64,000 nt of DNA from Candidatus Peregrinibacteria bacterium (GTDB lineage Bacteria; Patescibacteriota; Gracilibacteria; UM-FILTER-43-11), in NCBI GenBank assembly GCA_016932495.1, contig JAFGCR010000002.1:8519-72518 (forward strand). The letters run 5' to 3'. This document shows, piece by piece, positions 1 through 8,578 of this stretch. The notes below the pieces were generated by a model. That model saw only the letters and a list, made by a program, of their open reading frames with translations, ran no database searches and had not been told where the DNA came from. Numbering within the stretch: position 1 is the first letter of the stretch; each line of letters opens with the position of its first letter. The translations under genes and the position numbers were made by a program.

Positions 1-443
1 TGATCGGCTATTACGCCCACGCGGCTATCACCTGGCCGGGCAGTGACCCCAACCCGGTTACGGGTGTTGTGGGTATGTTTGTAGGCGAGTCAGATAGTGC
101 CTACAGTACAGGAGTCGGTTATGAAGACGTGAATCTGTATTGCCAGAATCACAGTAACGCGACGATTGCCGGCAGCCATGTCTGCACACCCGCGGAGATG
201 ACCAACAGCCTGAACCACGGCACCATCGGCGTGTCACCGGTTTTTACCTATGCCGGTTCCACAACACTCTGGATCAACAGCGGTCCTCCGGGTTACACGG
301 CCAATTCCAACGACTGCAAAGGCTGGACGGCGACGGATAGCCCTAGTGGTAACCCCAACTACGGCACGGTGTGGAATTTTGCTGAACAGTATGGGGGGTT
401 ACTGCCTTGTAAAACAGGGAAAAAATATGCGTGTTGTAAATAA
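1..443 (+). CDS. C-terminal fragment of a secreted cysteine-rich protein (5' end lies outside the window)
   Basis: Frame 3 is open from base 3, so the listed start at 69 is internal. The fragment ends with the module HVCTxxE...WINSGPPGY...NDCKGW...ACCK, which is shared with the C-terminus of 533..2179. Confidence 0.6.
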   Translation, partial: IGYYAHAAITWPGSDPNPVTGVVGMFVGESDSAYSTGVGYEDVNLYCQNHSNATIAGSHVCTPAEMTNSLNHGTIGVSPVFTYAGSTTLWINSGPPGYTANSNDCKGWTATDSPSGNPNYGTVWNFAEQYGGLLPCKTGKKYACCK

Positions 444-447
444 CTTC

Positions 448-510
448 AGTGACCAGAGACCAGTGACCAGTAACCAGCTCTGGTCTCTGGAGAACTGGTC
501 ACTGGTCACT
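448..510. repeat. Inverted array of (T/A)GACCAG heptamers forming an imperfect hairpin just after the stop codon
   Basis: agtgaccagagaccagtgaccagtaaccag ... ctggtctctggagaactggtcactggtcact. No T-tract follows. Confidence 0.7.
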
Positions 511-532
511 ATAAATTTATAAATTCAAACAA

Positions 533-2179
533 ATGAAAAACAAAATCCGATTTTTAATCCCAATAATCCTCCTCGCGTTCGTGTTGGTGCCGAAGGCGTT
601 CGCGGGCGTTTATGACTGCACGGTCGCTTATCCGGGATCGGATTCCACGGACCCGTTCACGTACGACGCCTGCTGTTATCCGCAGGGCGGGGACACCGAG
701 CCGTACCAGGGTATCTCGTGCCGGCCGGAAGGGGAGATTCTAAGAACCGGCAGTTCGACTTCCTGTGTTACCAAGCAAAGTATTCTGGATCTGGCTGATT
801 CTGCCCGCGGTCAGAACCGGGCCGGCTTTAATTCTTTAACCGGCTCAGTCAGTTCATCGTGCCGGGGCGGTTACTGTAAACCATCCGGAAGCAATGTCTG
901 CCAGGCTTTAACCGGCAATACGTGCCCTGCCGCTTTAAACCGGCAGTTGGTCTGCCCGGGTGGATGCGGTGGTTGCAGTGAAGGATATGTTTATTGTGTG
1001 GATAATCAGCCTGCCAGTCTTTTAGATGAAGCAAATCCTGTTGTCGGCGTAACACCCGCCTGTCAGCTTGAAAAAGACGGCAGTACGTATGCTCCGAATG
1101 GCGGGGCGACATGCGCGTCTATGGGGCGTGAAGTGCTTAATCCCTGTACCGGCGAATGCACGAACTGCCCTGAGGGCCGGACGCTTTCCGGCCGCACGCC
1201 GGGCTTATGCGTTTCCTTTGCCCAGCGGTTCATCGAAATCTTTGCGGATGGCTTTACGTCGCTCGGCGGAAAGGCTTTAGATGTAGGGGGAGTTGATCTG
1301 GCTCACATATATTCTTACGGCTCCATCACTGATCCGGTGAATTGGAGTGACACCAGCAAACCCGCCTTTTATGGCACGGTGTTTACCGAAGTGGATCAGG
1401 CCGATCACCTCAACTGGTCGAGCCCCAGTGTTCCGGATGTCATCCAGAACCTACTCATCAATAACAATTACCTGTTCTGTGATGAGAATTATGATTGTCC
1501 GGATGACCTCATTTGTACCGCCGGTTTCTGTAATAACCCTGGGAGCGACGGGGAAGAGGGTGATGCCTGCACCAATTCAAGCGAATGCAACCTTGGATTG
1601 GTCTGCGATATGGATACCGGGATGTGTGTTGATTTAAATGATCCGAACAATACATTAACCGAATGTTCGGAAAACGATGATTGTCTTGGGCTGGGCGCCA
1701 ATTTCACCTGTGTAAACGGTTATTGTCATGATCAGAGCAATGGCCCCGGTGACGCGTGTGTGAACGATTCTGAATGTGCAGCTGGTCTGATGTGTGTGGA
1801 TTTGATCTGTGTGTATAACAATTTATTGGTGCCGATTTCTTATTTTATGGATATCACGGGCCCATCTATCGGGGATGTGAATCCCAATGGCTATCAAAGC
1901 GCGGATGATCTTTGCGAGGGGGTGATCGTTGACAGCCATGTGTGTACAGCGGAAGAAATCATCAACGCTTATGTAATGGACGCGGATACACTAACCGGCA
2001 AAACCGGCTTGGCGTGGATCAACAACGGTCCTCCGGGTTATGTGAAATACGTGACCAACGACTGTAACGGCTGGAATACGAATGTCAGCACTATTTTTGG
2101 TTCAGTGTGGTCGTTTACCGCGCATGCCAGCTTTATTACGCCGTGTAATCAGAATATTCCGTTCGCGTGCTGTAAATAA
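533..2179 (+). CDS. Secreted cysteine-rich protein with CxxxxDCxxGLxCxxGxC repeats and a lectin/endostatin-like C-terminal module
   Basis: Signal peptide MKNKIRFLIPIILLAFVLVPKAFA. Four tandem Cys-knot-like repeats (CDENYDCPDDLICTAGFC, CTNSSECNLGLVCDMDTGMC, CSENDDCLGLGANFTCVNGYC, CVNDSECAAGLMCVDLIC). The C-terminal module SHVCTAEE...WINNGPPGY...NDCNGW...ACCK is paralogous to the end of 1..443. Confidence 0.7.
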   Translation: MKNKIRFLIPIILLAFVLVPKAFAGVYDCTVAYPGSDSTDPFTYDACCYPQGGDTEPYQGISCRPEGEILRTGSSTSCVTKQSILDLADSARGQNRAGFNSLTGSVSSSCRGGYCKPSGSNVCQALTGNTCPAALNRQLVCPGGCGGCSEGYVYCVDNQPASLLDEANPVVGVTPACQLEKDGSTYAPNGGATCASMGREVLNPCTGECTNCPEGRTLSGRTPGLCVSFAQRFIEIFADGFTSLGGKALDVGGVDLAHIYSYGSITDPVNWSDTSKPAFYGTVFTEVDQADHLNWSSPSVPDVIQNLLINNNYLFCDENYDCPDDLICTAGFCNNPGSDGEEGDACTNSSECNLGLVCDMDTGMCVDLNDPNNTLTECSENDDCLGLGANFTCVNGYCHDQSNGPGDACVNDSECAAGLMCVDLICVYNNLLVPISYFMDITGPSIGDVNPNGYQSADDLCEGVIVDSHVCTAEEIINAYVMDADTLTGKTGLAWINNGPPGYVKYVTNDCNGWNTNVSTIFGSVWSFTAHASFITPCNQNIPFACCK

Positions 2180-2246
2180 ACTCAGCGACCGGGGATCAGT
2201 GACCAGCCCTGACCACTAACTACTTAAATTCTTTAATTCATCTACG

Positions 2247-5200
2247 ATGAAAAAAACAATCCCCATTTTATTATTTACCGGCTTCCTCCTCATCTTTCCG
2301 AAAATGGCTTTCGCGGGCCTCAGTGAAGGCTGTTTCCCGGCCGTGGTCTGCGGAACGGGCCAGAACTATTACGCGGATGACTGCAAGCCCCATATCGAAA
2401 CCCTTACCGGCGCCACCCAGAGCTGCCAGTCCAATTACGACGATCCTCCTGCCGGCAAGCAGTGGGCTTTTAACTGCGATAACGGCTGTTACGGGCGTTC
2501 GGATGACGTCGCGGCCGAATGCCCCGGCGGGATTATGATCGCCGGCGACTGTAAAACACTGGCCCGTGTGGTGATTGACGGACTGGATAACAATATATTA
2601 AAAACGTACGCTCTTAACACCCTCACTAAACTGGTTTACGCGGATTGCGGCGACGGCGAATCCCCCATATGGGACAATACCGCCCATGAATGGGTCTGTG
2701 TTATTCCTGCCGCCATGGACCCCTTGGCCCCTTGTGCTGACGGCGAAGTCCTTTCGTGGGATGCCGGCAATAGTGAATGGGTATGCGGACCGCCTAATTT
2801 TACGTATTGGTCTGCCAATCCTGCCGATCCTACTGAAATCTATTACAATGCGGATAATGTCGGTATCGGAACCACTGATCCGGCCGCGAAGCTGGATGTT
2901 AATGGTTCTATGAGGGCAGGATATGGACTGGACAGGACTTCTTATTTTGGACACGCGGCAATTGGATATGCAACTTATAATGGTTATGCCACTTTTGCGC
3001 ATAAGGATCACAATACAGATGCTGATGCCGCATTAGTCCAGACGCCTGGTGGTGAAACTTATCTTAATACCTCTTCTGGTGACCAAATATCATTTACCAT
3101 AGGCGGCACTACAGGTACTTTAGCTATGAGAATCAATAGTAGTGGCAATGTGGGAATGGGCACAACTGATCCCGACTATAAACTTCATGTTGAAAATTCA
3201 ACTATCTACGATTCTGTGGATCCTGACCGTTTTTATGCCGTCGCTGATTCCAGGGAATATTATGGCTTATATGCTGAAGCCAAAGGGGCATCGGGCAATC
3301 TTGGCGCTCCTCCACTTTATTATAATTTTGGTATAAAAGGGATTGCGAATGAATCTAATTCCCATGGGAATTTTGGTGTCTGGGGGGAAGCTGCCAATGG
3401 CGCAATGTTCGGAGCAGGTGTTTATGGAAAGGGTGTAGCTGATTATATGTATGGTGTTATAGGTGAAAGTGAAATGGCCACTGGTGTATATGGCGAAGGT
3501 GCGGACAAGGGAGTCCGTGGTGTTGGTGATAATTACGGTGTTTATGGTCACAGTACTTCAGGTAAAGGGGTCTATGGCGGTAGTTCTTCCGGTTATGGGG
3601 GATATTTTTCCGGTGATGTGTATGTGTCAGATAACCTGGAGGTCAGCGATGATCTTATGCTGAGCGAATATGCCAGACATAGTAACGACGATGATACCTA
3701 TCTCCAGTTTGACACCAACACATTAAACTTTGTCGGAGGGGGGAAGGAATTATTCCGGGCGCGTGGCACCGCGCAGGCCTATGCTTATTTAGGAAATAGT
3801 TCCGATGATATAGATATCGCTTTAAATGATGATTTGTTCGTACGCGGTAGTGATGGCAATGTGGGAATCGGGACACTAGCGCCTGATAATAAATTGCATG
3901 TAGAAGGGGGTTATATCGAAAATTCAGCCAGTGCACCGCGGTTGATTTTTGAGGAAACAGATCAATCTGATAATTTATGGATTATGGGTCAGGACGCTAC
4001 AGAATTTTGGATTGCTCATGACAGCACTGCTAATGAAAATCGTGTTATTCAAATTGAAGAAACCGGTGAAGTGGGCATTGGCACGGCGGATCCTAGTGCC
4101 AAGCTTGATATCGCTGTTACAGGTGATGGTACGGAAGTGCTGAGGTTCAGCACCGAAAGGCCATGGACTTTCCGCCAGCGTGGCACGGGTTCAAGTGCCA
4201 TTCTTGACTTATGGTCCACTGTTGACGGCAAAAACTTTACAATCACATCTGCCGCAAATGATAACCAGGCCGCGCTTTTCGCTCCGCGCAACACCGCTGC
4301 CGACAGCCGGGTTTATCTGGTTCAGGATGGTGGCCGGGTTGGCATTGGAACATCAAGCCCTGGTAGTGTGTTAGAAGTATCAGGTGATACCATTTTGGAT
4401 CATTATGTTCAATTAAGGGATTATGACGATGATACGCTTACCACTCATTTAATCGCCCGTGATGATAACTGGATGTTTTTTAGCGGAGGGGTGGCAATTG
4501 GCACATGGTCCAATGGTGGGCTTGGGGCTGTCGGTACGGGCGATTTAGTAGTCGAAGGAGGCGCCAGTATTGGCACTACAACAGAGACTCATTCACTTGT
4601 GGTCGCGTCAGCCGATGAAGAAACCGTACGCCTAATGGGGCCAGACAGCTATGGCCATGGTGCCCGTTTGAATTTTGGCGATGTGGATTATGTTTATTTC
4701 GATGAATATGAAGATGATAAGTTAAAGATATATGGTGAGGATGGTATATATATTGATACTCATTTCACCAGTGATTACCTGACCATTGATACTAATGTGG
4801 ATGCCTTGTATGATATTTATGTAGGCGATGAGTTGACAGTTGATAATGATTTGTGGGTGGATGATGACATATATCTTTATGACAAAATTTATCATAAGGG
4901 AGATGAAGATACGTATATTGATTTTAATACCGACAATATTGATTTTTATGCAGAGGGTGTGAATACCCTTGATCTAAGAGATGACATTGTTTATTGGCAG
5001 GCAGGAGGCAAAATGACAGCCTGCCCGGATGGCTATACATTAGTAGATTGGGATGGTGTAAATTACAATCCCGGTTTTTGCATAAAGGATTATGGTGATA
5101 TTTTTATTGGCTCCTGGCCTTTTGCAAATGCCGCCTGTATGGCGGAAGGGGCTCATATGTGTGATTACACTGAGCTGTGGCTGGCTTATGAGCATGGTTC

Positions 5201-5378
5201 GCCATGTATTGATATTAATGGTTACTGGATCAATGAATATGTGGATGATGATGATGTTTTATGTGGTAATAAAACCATTTCGTCCTGTTCAGATAGTGAT
5301 ATACCTAATTTTGAAGGAAACTGTGCTGCCCATAGTGGCAGCAGGTCATGGACGTGCTGCATAAGCGCCAACCGGTAG
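2247..5378 (+). CDS. Large secreted surface protein with tail-fibre-like repeats (xVGIGTxxPxxKLxV) and a Cys-rich C-terminal lectin-like domain
   Basis: Signal peptide MKKTIPILLFTGFLLIFPKMAFA. At least five copies of the NVGIGTTDPxxKL(D/H)V motif. Gly/Tyr-rich beta-type region. Asp-rich repeats near the C-terminus. Final domain: AHMCDYTELW...YWINEY...CC. Confidence 0.7.
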   Translation: MKKTIPILLFTGFLLIFPKMAFAGLSEGCFPAVVCGTGQNYYADDCKPHIETLTGATQSCQSNYDDPPAGKQWAFNCDNGCYGRSDDVAAECPGGIMIAGDCKTLARVVIDGLDNNILKTYALNTLTKLVYADCGDGESPIWDNTAHEWVCVIPAAMDPLAPCADGEVLSWDAGNSEWVCGPPNFTYWSANPADPTEIYYNADNVGIGTTDPAAKLDVNGSMRAGYGLDRTSYFGHAAIGYATYNGYATFAHKDHNTDADAALVQTPGGETYLNTSSGDQISFTIGGTTGTLAMRINSSGNVGMGTTDPDYKLHVENSTIYDSVDPDRFYAVADSREYYGLYAEAKGASGNLGAPPLYYNFGIKGIANESNSHGNFGVWGEAANGAMFGAGVYGKGVADYMYGVIGESEMATGVYGEGADKGVRGVGDNYGVYGHSTSGKGVYGGSSSGYGGYFSGDVYVSDNLEVSDDLMLSEYARHSNDDDTYLQFDTNTLNFVGGGKELFRARGTAQAYAYLGNSSDDIDIALNDDLFVRGSDGNVGIGTLAPDNKLHVEGGYIENSASAPRLIFEETDQSDNLWIMGQDATEFWIAHDSTANENRVIQIEETGEVGIGTADPSAKLDIAVTGDGTEVLRFSTERPWTFRQRGTGSSAILDLWSTVDGKNFTITSAANDNQAALFAPRNTAADSRVYLVQDGGRVGIGTSSPGSVLEVSGDTILDHYVQLRDYDDDTLTTHLIARDDNWMFFSGGVAIGTWSNGGLGAVGTGDLVVEGGASIGTTTETHSLVVASADEETVRLMGPDSYGHGARLNFGDVDYVYFDEYEDDKLKIYGEDGIYIDTHFTSDYLTIDTNVDALYDIYVGDELTVDNDLWVDDDIYLYDKIYHKGDEDTYIDFNTDNIDFYAEGVNTLDLRDDIVYWQAGGKMTACPDGYTLVDWDGVNYNPGFCIKDYGDIFIGSWPFANAACMAEGAHMCDYTELWLAYEHGSPCIDINGYWINEYVDDDDVLCGNKTISSCSDSDIPNFEGNCAAHSGSRSWTCCISANR

Positions 5379-5415
5379 TTTTAAATTTAAAATTATTATT
5401 ATTAAATATTTTTTT

Positions 5416-6210
5416 ATGTCCACTCATTTTAAATACACTTTACTTGTTTTCTTTATCGCCTTCCTTACGTTTGTGGCCGGTTACTACGTTGGTCAGGCAG
5501 GGTTGGTAAAAACCACACCGTCTTCCAGTCAGCCGACGGTTAGCCAGCCCACGGTGAACGTGCCGGCTAAAAAAGGCTCCTATGAACAGGGTTACCAGGA
5601 AGCTCTGGATTTCGCCAGACAGAAACTTGCGGAAGAGGGCGCATTTGAACCGCCAAGAAATCTTACAGCTGTCGTTAAAACCGCAAGCGGGCAGAATGTG
5701 GTAGTTGAGTTTAATGCCAGCTTACTGGATCCGTTCGCGGAAGGTATGGCAACTAAAACTATTGTAGTAAGTGGTGAAACTAAGCTTTTCGAAAGAGTTG
5801 AAAAAGATGAGGAACAATATAAAAAAGAATATGCGGAATACGAAAAGGCTATGCAGGCTTATGAAACCGCTCTTGCAGGCGCAAAAACAGAGGAGGGGTT
5901 GGAGGAGCCAAGAGAACCGCAGGAATATGAAGAAAAAGTTTTAGCGGTTAGCGATTTACTGCCTGGTGACCGGGTACGTGTAATCGCCAAGGTGATTGAA
6001 ATGGAAGCGACAGAAGATGGCAAAGAAGCTCCAATGGTATCACCATTTGCCAGCGACAAGGTCGAGGCTGCGGAAGTCCGTTTGTATTCACGCCCTGAGC
6101 CGGAACCGGAAAAAGAATTGCCTACGCCGATGGAAGAAGAAATGAAAGAAGCATCTGAGGAATTACTGGGAGAGCCAGTGGCTGAAGAGGTGGAGGAGGT
6201 GACTCCTTAA
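5416..6210 (+). CDS. Membrane-anchored acidic (Glu/Lys-rich) hypothetical protein
   Basis: 264-aa ORF with an N-terminal TM helix (YTLLVFFIAFLTFVAGYYV) and an E/K/P-rich tail. I recognise no family. Confidence 0.5.
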   Translation: MSTHFKYTLLVFFIAFLTFVAGYYVGQAGLVKTTPSSSQPTVSQPTVNVPAKKGSYEQGYQEALDFARQKLAEEGAFEPPRNLTAVVKTASGQNVVVEFNASLLDPFAEGMATKTIVVSGETKLFERVEKDEEQYKKEYAEYEKAMQAYETALAGAKTEEGLEEPREPQEYEEKVLAVSDLLPGDRVRVIAKVIEMEATEDGKEAPMVSPFASDKVEAAEVRLYSRPEPEPEKELPTPMEEEMKEASEELLGEPVAEEVEEVTP

Positions 6211-6242
6211 ATTTGTAAATTTTTAATTTTCAGTTTTCATTT

Positions 6243-6335
6243 ATGCGCACGTATACACCCCCCTCATTCACTCTTACGTAAGAGGGGAGGTATATAGAAG
6301 GGTAAGAAAGAAAACTAAAAGTAAAAGAAAGAAAT
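6243..6335 (+). repeat. Composite intergenic element, copy A (ATGCGCAC box, GC hairpin, polypurine AAGAAAGAAA tract)
   Basis: atgcgcacgtatacacccccctcattcactcttacgtaagaggggagg...gggtaagaaagaaaactaaaagtaaaagaaagaaa. Homologous to the copies at 11634, 24083, 44501, 57551 and 63031. Confidence 0.7.
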
Positions 6336-6350
6336 TTTCATTTGATTTTT

Positions 6351-6641
6351 ATGAAGAAAAAATATCTGTGGCAAATCATATTATTTATTTTGACCATTTT
6401 CTTTATTGCTTATTGGTCTTATGGCCAATTTAAACAATGGAAGAGTGATTTGATTTTAAGTACTTTCCAGAAAGGATATTTTAATGCTATTAATGACCTA
6501 GTTAAAGAAGCAAAAGCCAAAGAGAATTGTATGCCGATTTTTCTTGGGCCGGGAGAAGGCGGCGTTCAGCTTATAAATACTGTCTGCCTCAAAAATGCAG
6601 GTATTGAAATTGAGCTCAATGAATTACCTAAGCATGATTAA
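6351..6641 (+). CDS. Small membrane-anchored protein, paralogue of 6687..6944
   Basis: N-terminal TM helix. Shares ...C(x)...GEGGVQLINTVCL with the neighbouring gene. The ATG at 6351 is preferred over the TTG at 6342. Confidence 0.5.
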   Translation: MKKKYLWQIILFILTIFFIAYWSYGQFKQWKSDLILSTFQKGYFNAINDLVKEAKAKENCMPIFLGPGEGGVQLINTVCLKNAGIEIELNELPKHD

Positions 6642-6686
6642 TTATTCAATCAATCGTAAACCTTTAATCGTTAATCTTAATTCACC

Positions 6687-6944
6687 ATGAAATCCAAATA
6701 TTCTGTCGGTAAGATCATTTTAGTCGTCTGGGTTGCCTTTTCCATATTATATGTAGGTTATACCCAATACCGTTATTTCCAAACATTCATCGCTAATCAG
6801 GCTTACCAAACCGGCTTGAAAGACGCGGTGGTGAAAGTCATCCAGCAGGCGCAGGAATGCAAAGCGTTCCCGGTTACCATTGGCGAACAGGGCGTTCAGC
6901 TGATCAATATTGCCTGTTTACAGCAGCCGGAAGGGGAGGAATAA
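6687..6944 (+). CDS. Small membrane-anchored protein, paralogue of 6351..6641
   Basis: N-terminal TM helix (IILVVWVAFSILYVGY). Shared motif ECKAFPVTIGEQGVQLINIACL. Confidence 0.5.
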   Translation: MKSKYSVGKIILVVWVAFSILYVGYTQYRYFQTFIANQAYQTGLKDAVVKVIQQAQECKAFPVTIGEQGVQLINIACLQQPEGEE

Positions 6945-7319
6945 ATTTTAATTTCAAGGCAAGGAGAACGGCGGCTCCTCCTAGATTAGGAGGAGAGGAA
7001 GAGGCGGTAGACTAAAAAAAGTAATTTTGTTTAACCAAAATACCTATTTGATCTACCCCTCTTTCCTTCTCCCCTGAACCAGGGGAGACCGCCTTCCTCC
7101 TATCCTCTTTGATTTACTACTTCAATTAGTGGAATGCTCTTTTGAGGAGCAATGCTGTGCTGGTTCAATAGGGAAACGCTCAAATCTTTAAAAATCTTCT
7201 CATTCCTTCCCATTCCCTGCCTGCGGATTTTCAAAGATTTGTCCTCACGACGCTGCAAACTTCCTTCGGTCGTTTTTGCTTTGTTCGGACCGCGTTTCTC
7301 GCTATTTACTAAAAAAACT

Positions 7320-7348
7320 TTGACATTCATTTTGTGTACTGCTAAAAT
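7320..7348 (+). promoter_or_regulatory. Sigma70-type promoter upstream of tuf
   Basis: TTGACA (7320-7325), 17-nt spacer, TAAAAT (7343-7348). It lies 36 nt upstream of the tuf ATG. Confidence 0.7.
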
Positions 7349-7384
7349 CCCTCGTGCTATTTTAATTTTTAAATTTAAAATATT

Positions 7385-8578
7385 ATGGCTGAAGGAACCT
7401 TTGACCGTAGTAAGCCTCATGTAAATGTGGGTACAATTGGTCATGTTGACCATGGTAAAACTACATTAACAGCTGCTATTACCGCTGTTGCCGCTGCTAA
7501 GATGGGTGGTATTAACAAAGCGGTTGCTTTTGATCAGATCGATAACGCTCCTGAAGAAAAGGAACGTGGTATCACTATCGCGACTTCCCATCAGGAATAC
7601 GAAACCGCAAAGCGCCACTACGCTCATGTGGATTGTCCTGGTCATGCGGACTATGTTAAGAATATGATTACCGGCGCTGCTCAGATGGATGGCGCGATTT
7701 TGGTGGTCAGCGCGGCGGATGGCCCTATGCCACAGACCCGCGAACACATCCTGCTGGCCCGTCAGGTGGATGTGCCTTATGTTGTCGTCTTCCTGAATAA
7801 AATCGACATGGTGGATGATCCGGAACTGATCGATTTGGTCGAGATGGAAGTCCGCGAGCTCCTGAATAAATATGAATTCCCAGGCGATGATACTCCTATC
7901 ATCAAAGGCTCTGCCCTGAAAGCGCTGGAAAATCCAACCGGGCCCGATGCCGAACCGATTGTGGAACTTCTGAATAAATTAGATGAATATATTCCTGAGC
8001 CGAAACGTGATTTAGACAAACCTTTCCTCATGCCTGTTGAAGATGTTTTCTCCATTAAAGGCCGCGGCACGGTCGCAACCGGCCGTGTGGAACAGGGGGT
8101 TGTTAAAATAAACGAAGAAGTGGAAATCGTCGGCATTAAACCTACCCGCAAAGTGGTGGTGACCGGTGTGGAAATGTTCCGCAAGATCCTGGATCAGGGC
8201 CAGGCGGGTGATAATGTCGGCCTGCTTCTCCGCGGTGTAGAACGCGACGAGATCGAACGCGGTCAGGTGTGCGCCAAACCCGGCAGCATCACGCCTCACA
8301 CAGAATTCGAATGCAAGGTGTATGTGCTGACCAAAGAAGAAGGCGGCCGCCACACTCCTTTCTTTAAAGGCTACAAGCCTCAGTTTTACATCCGCACCAC
8401 GGATGTGACGGGCGCGGTTACCCTGCCGGAAGGGGCTGAGATGGTGATGCCTGGCGACAATGTGAACCTGAAGGTAGAATTGGGCGCTCCGATCGCCCTG
8501 AATGATGGTACCCGTTTTGCTATCCGCGAAGGCGGACGCACGGTCGGCGCCGGTGTGATCACCAAAATTATCAAATAG
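7385..8578 (+). CDS. tuf: Elongation factor Tu
   Basis: 397 aa with [14 protein letters not shown] and NKID GTPase motifs. Full-length EF-Tu-like sequence. Confidence 0.98.
   Translation: MAEGTFDRSKPHVNVGTIGHVDHGKTTLTAAITAVAAAKMGGINKAVAFDQIDNAPEEKERGITIATSHQEYETAKRHYAHVDCPGHADYVKNMITGAAQMDGAILVVSAADGPMPQTREHILLARQVDVPYVVVFLNKIDMVDDPELIDLVEMEVRELLNKYEFPGDDTPIIKGSALKALENPTGPDAEPIVELLNKLDEYIPEPKRDLDKPFLMPVEDVFSIKGRGTVATGRVEQGVVKINEEVEIVGIKPTRKVVVTGVEMFRKILDQGQAGDNVGLLLRGVERDEIERGQVCAKPGSITPHTEFECKVYVLTKEEGGRHTPFFKGYKPQFYIRTTDVTGAVTLPEGAEMVMPGDNVNLKVELGAPIALNDGTRFAIREGGRTVGAGVITKIIK

Noticed and set aside
1-2179. Considered a diversity-generating retroelement targeting the lectin-like C-termini.
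   Set aside because: No reverse transcriptase and no non-coding template repeat are present in the window. The only DNA-level identity between the paralogues is a 26-nt conserved WINxGPPGY stretch, without the adenine-specific mismatch pattern of a TR/VR pair. I cannot exclude elements upstream of base 1.
7100-7453. ORFs 7100..7453 (-) and 7152..7424 (+) upstream of tuf.
   Set aside because: They are mutually antisense, overlap the tuf promoter and start codon, and have low-complexity K/R/L/F-rich translations. The region is treated as non-coding (see the finding on 6945-7319).
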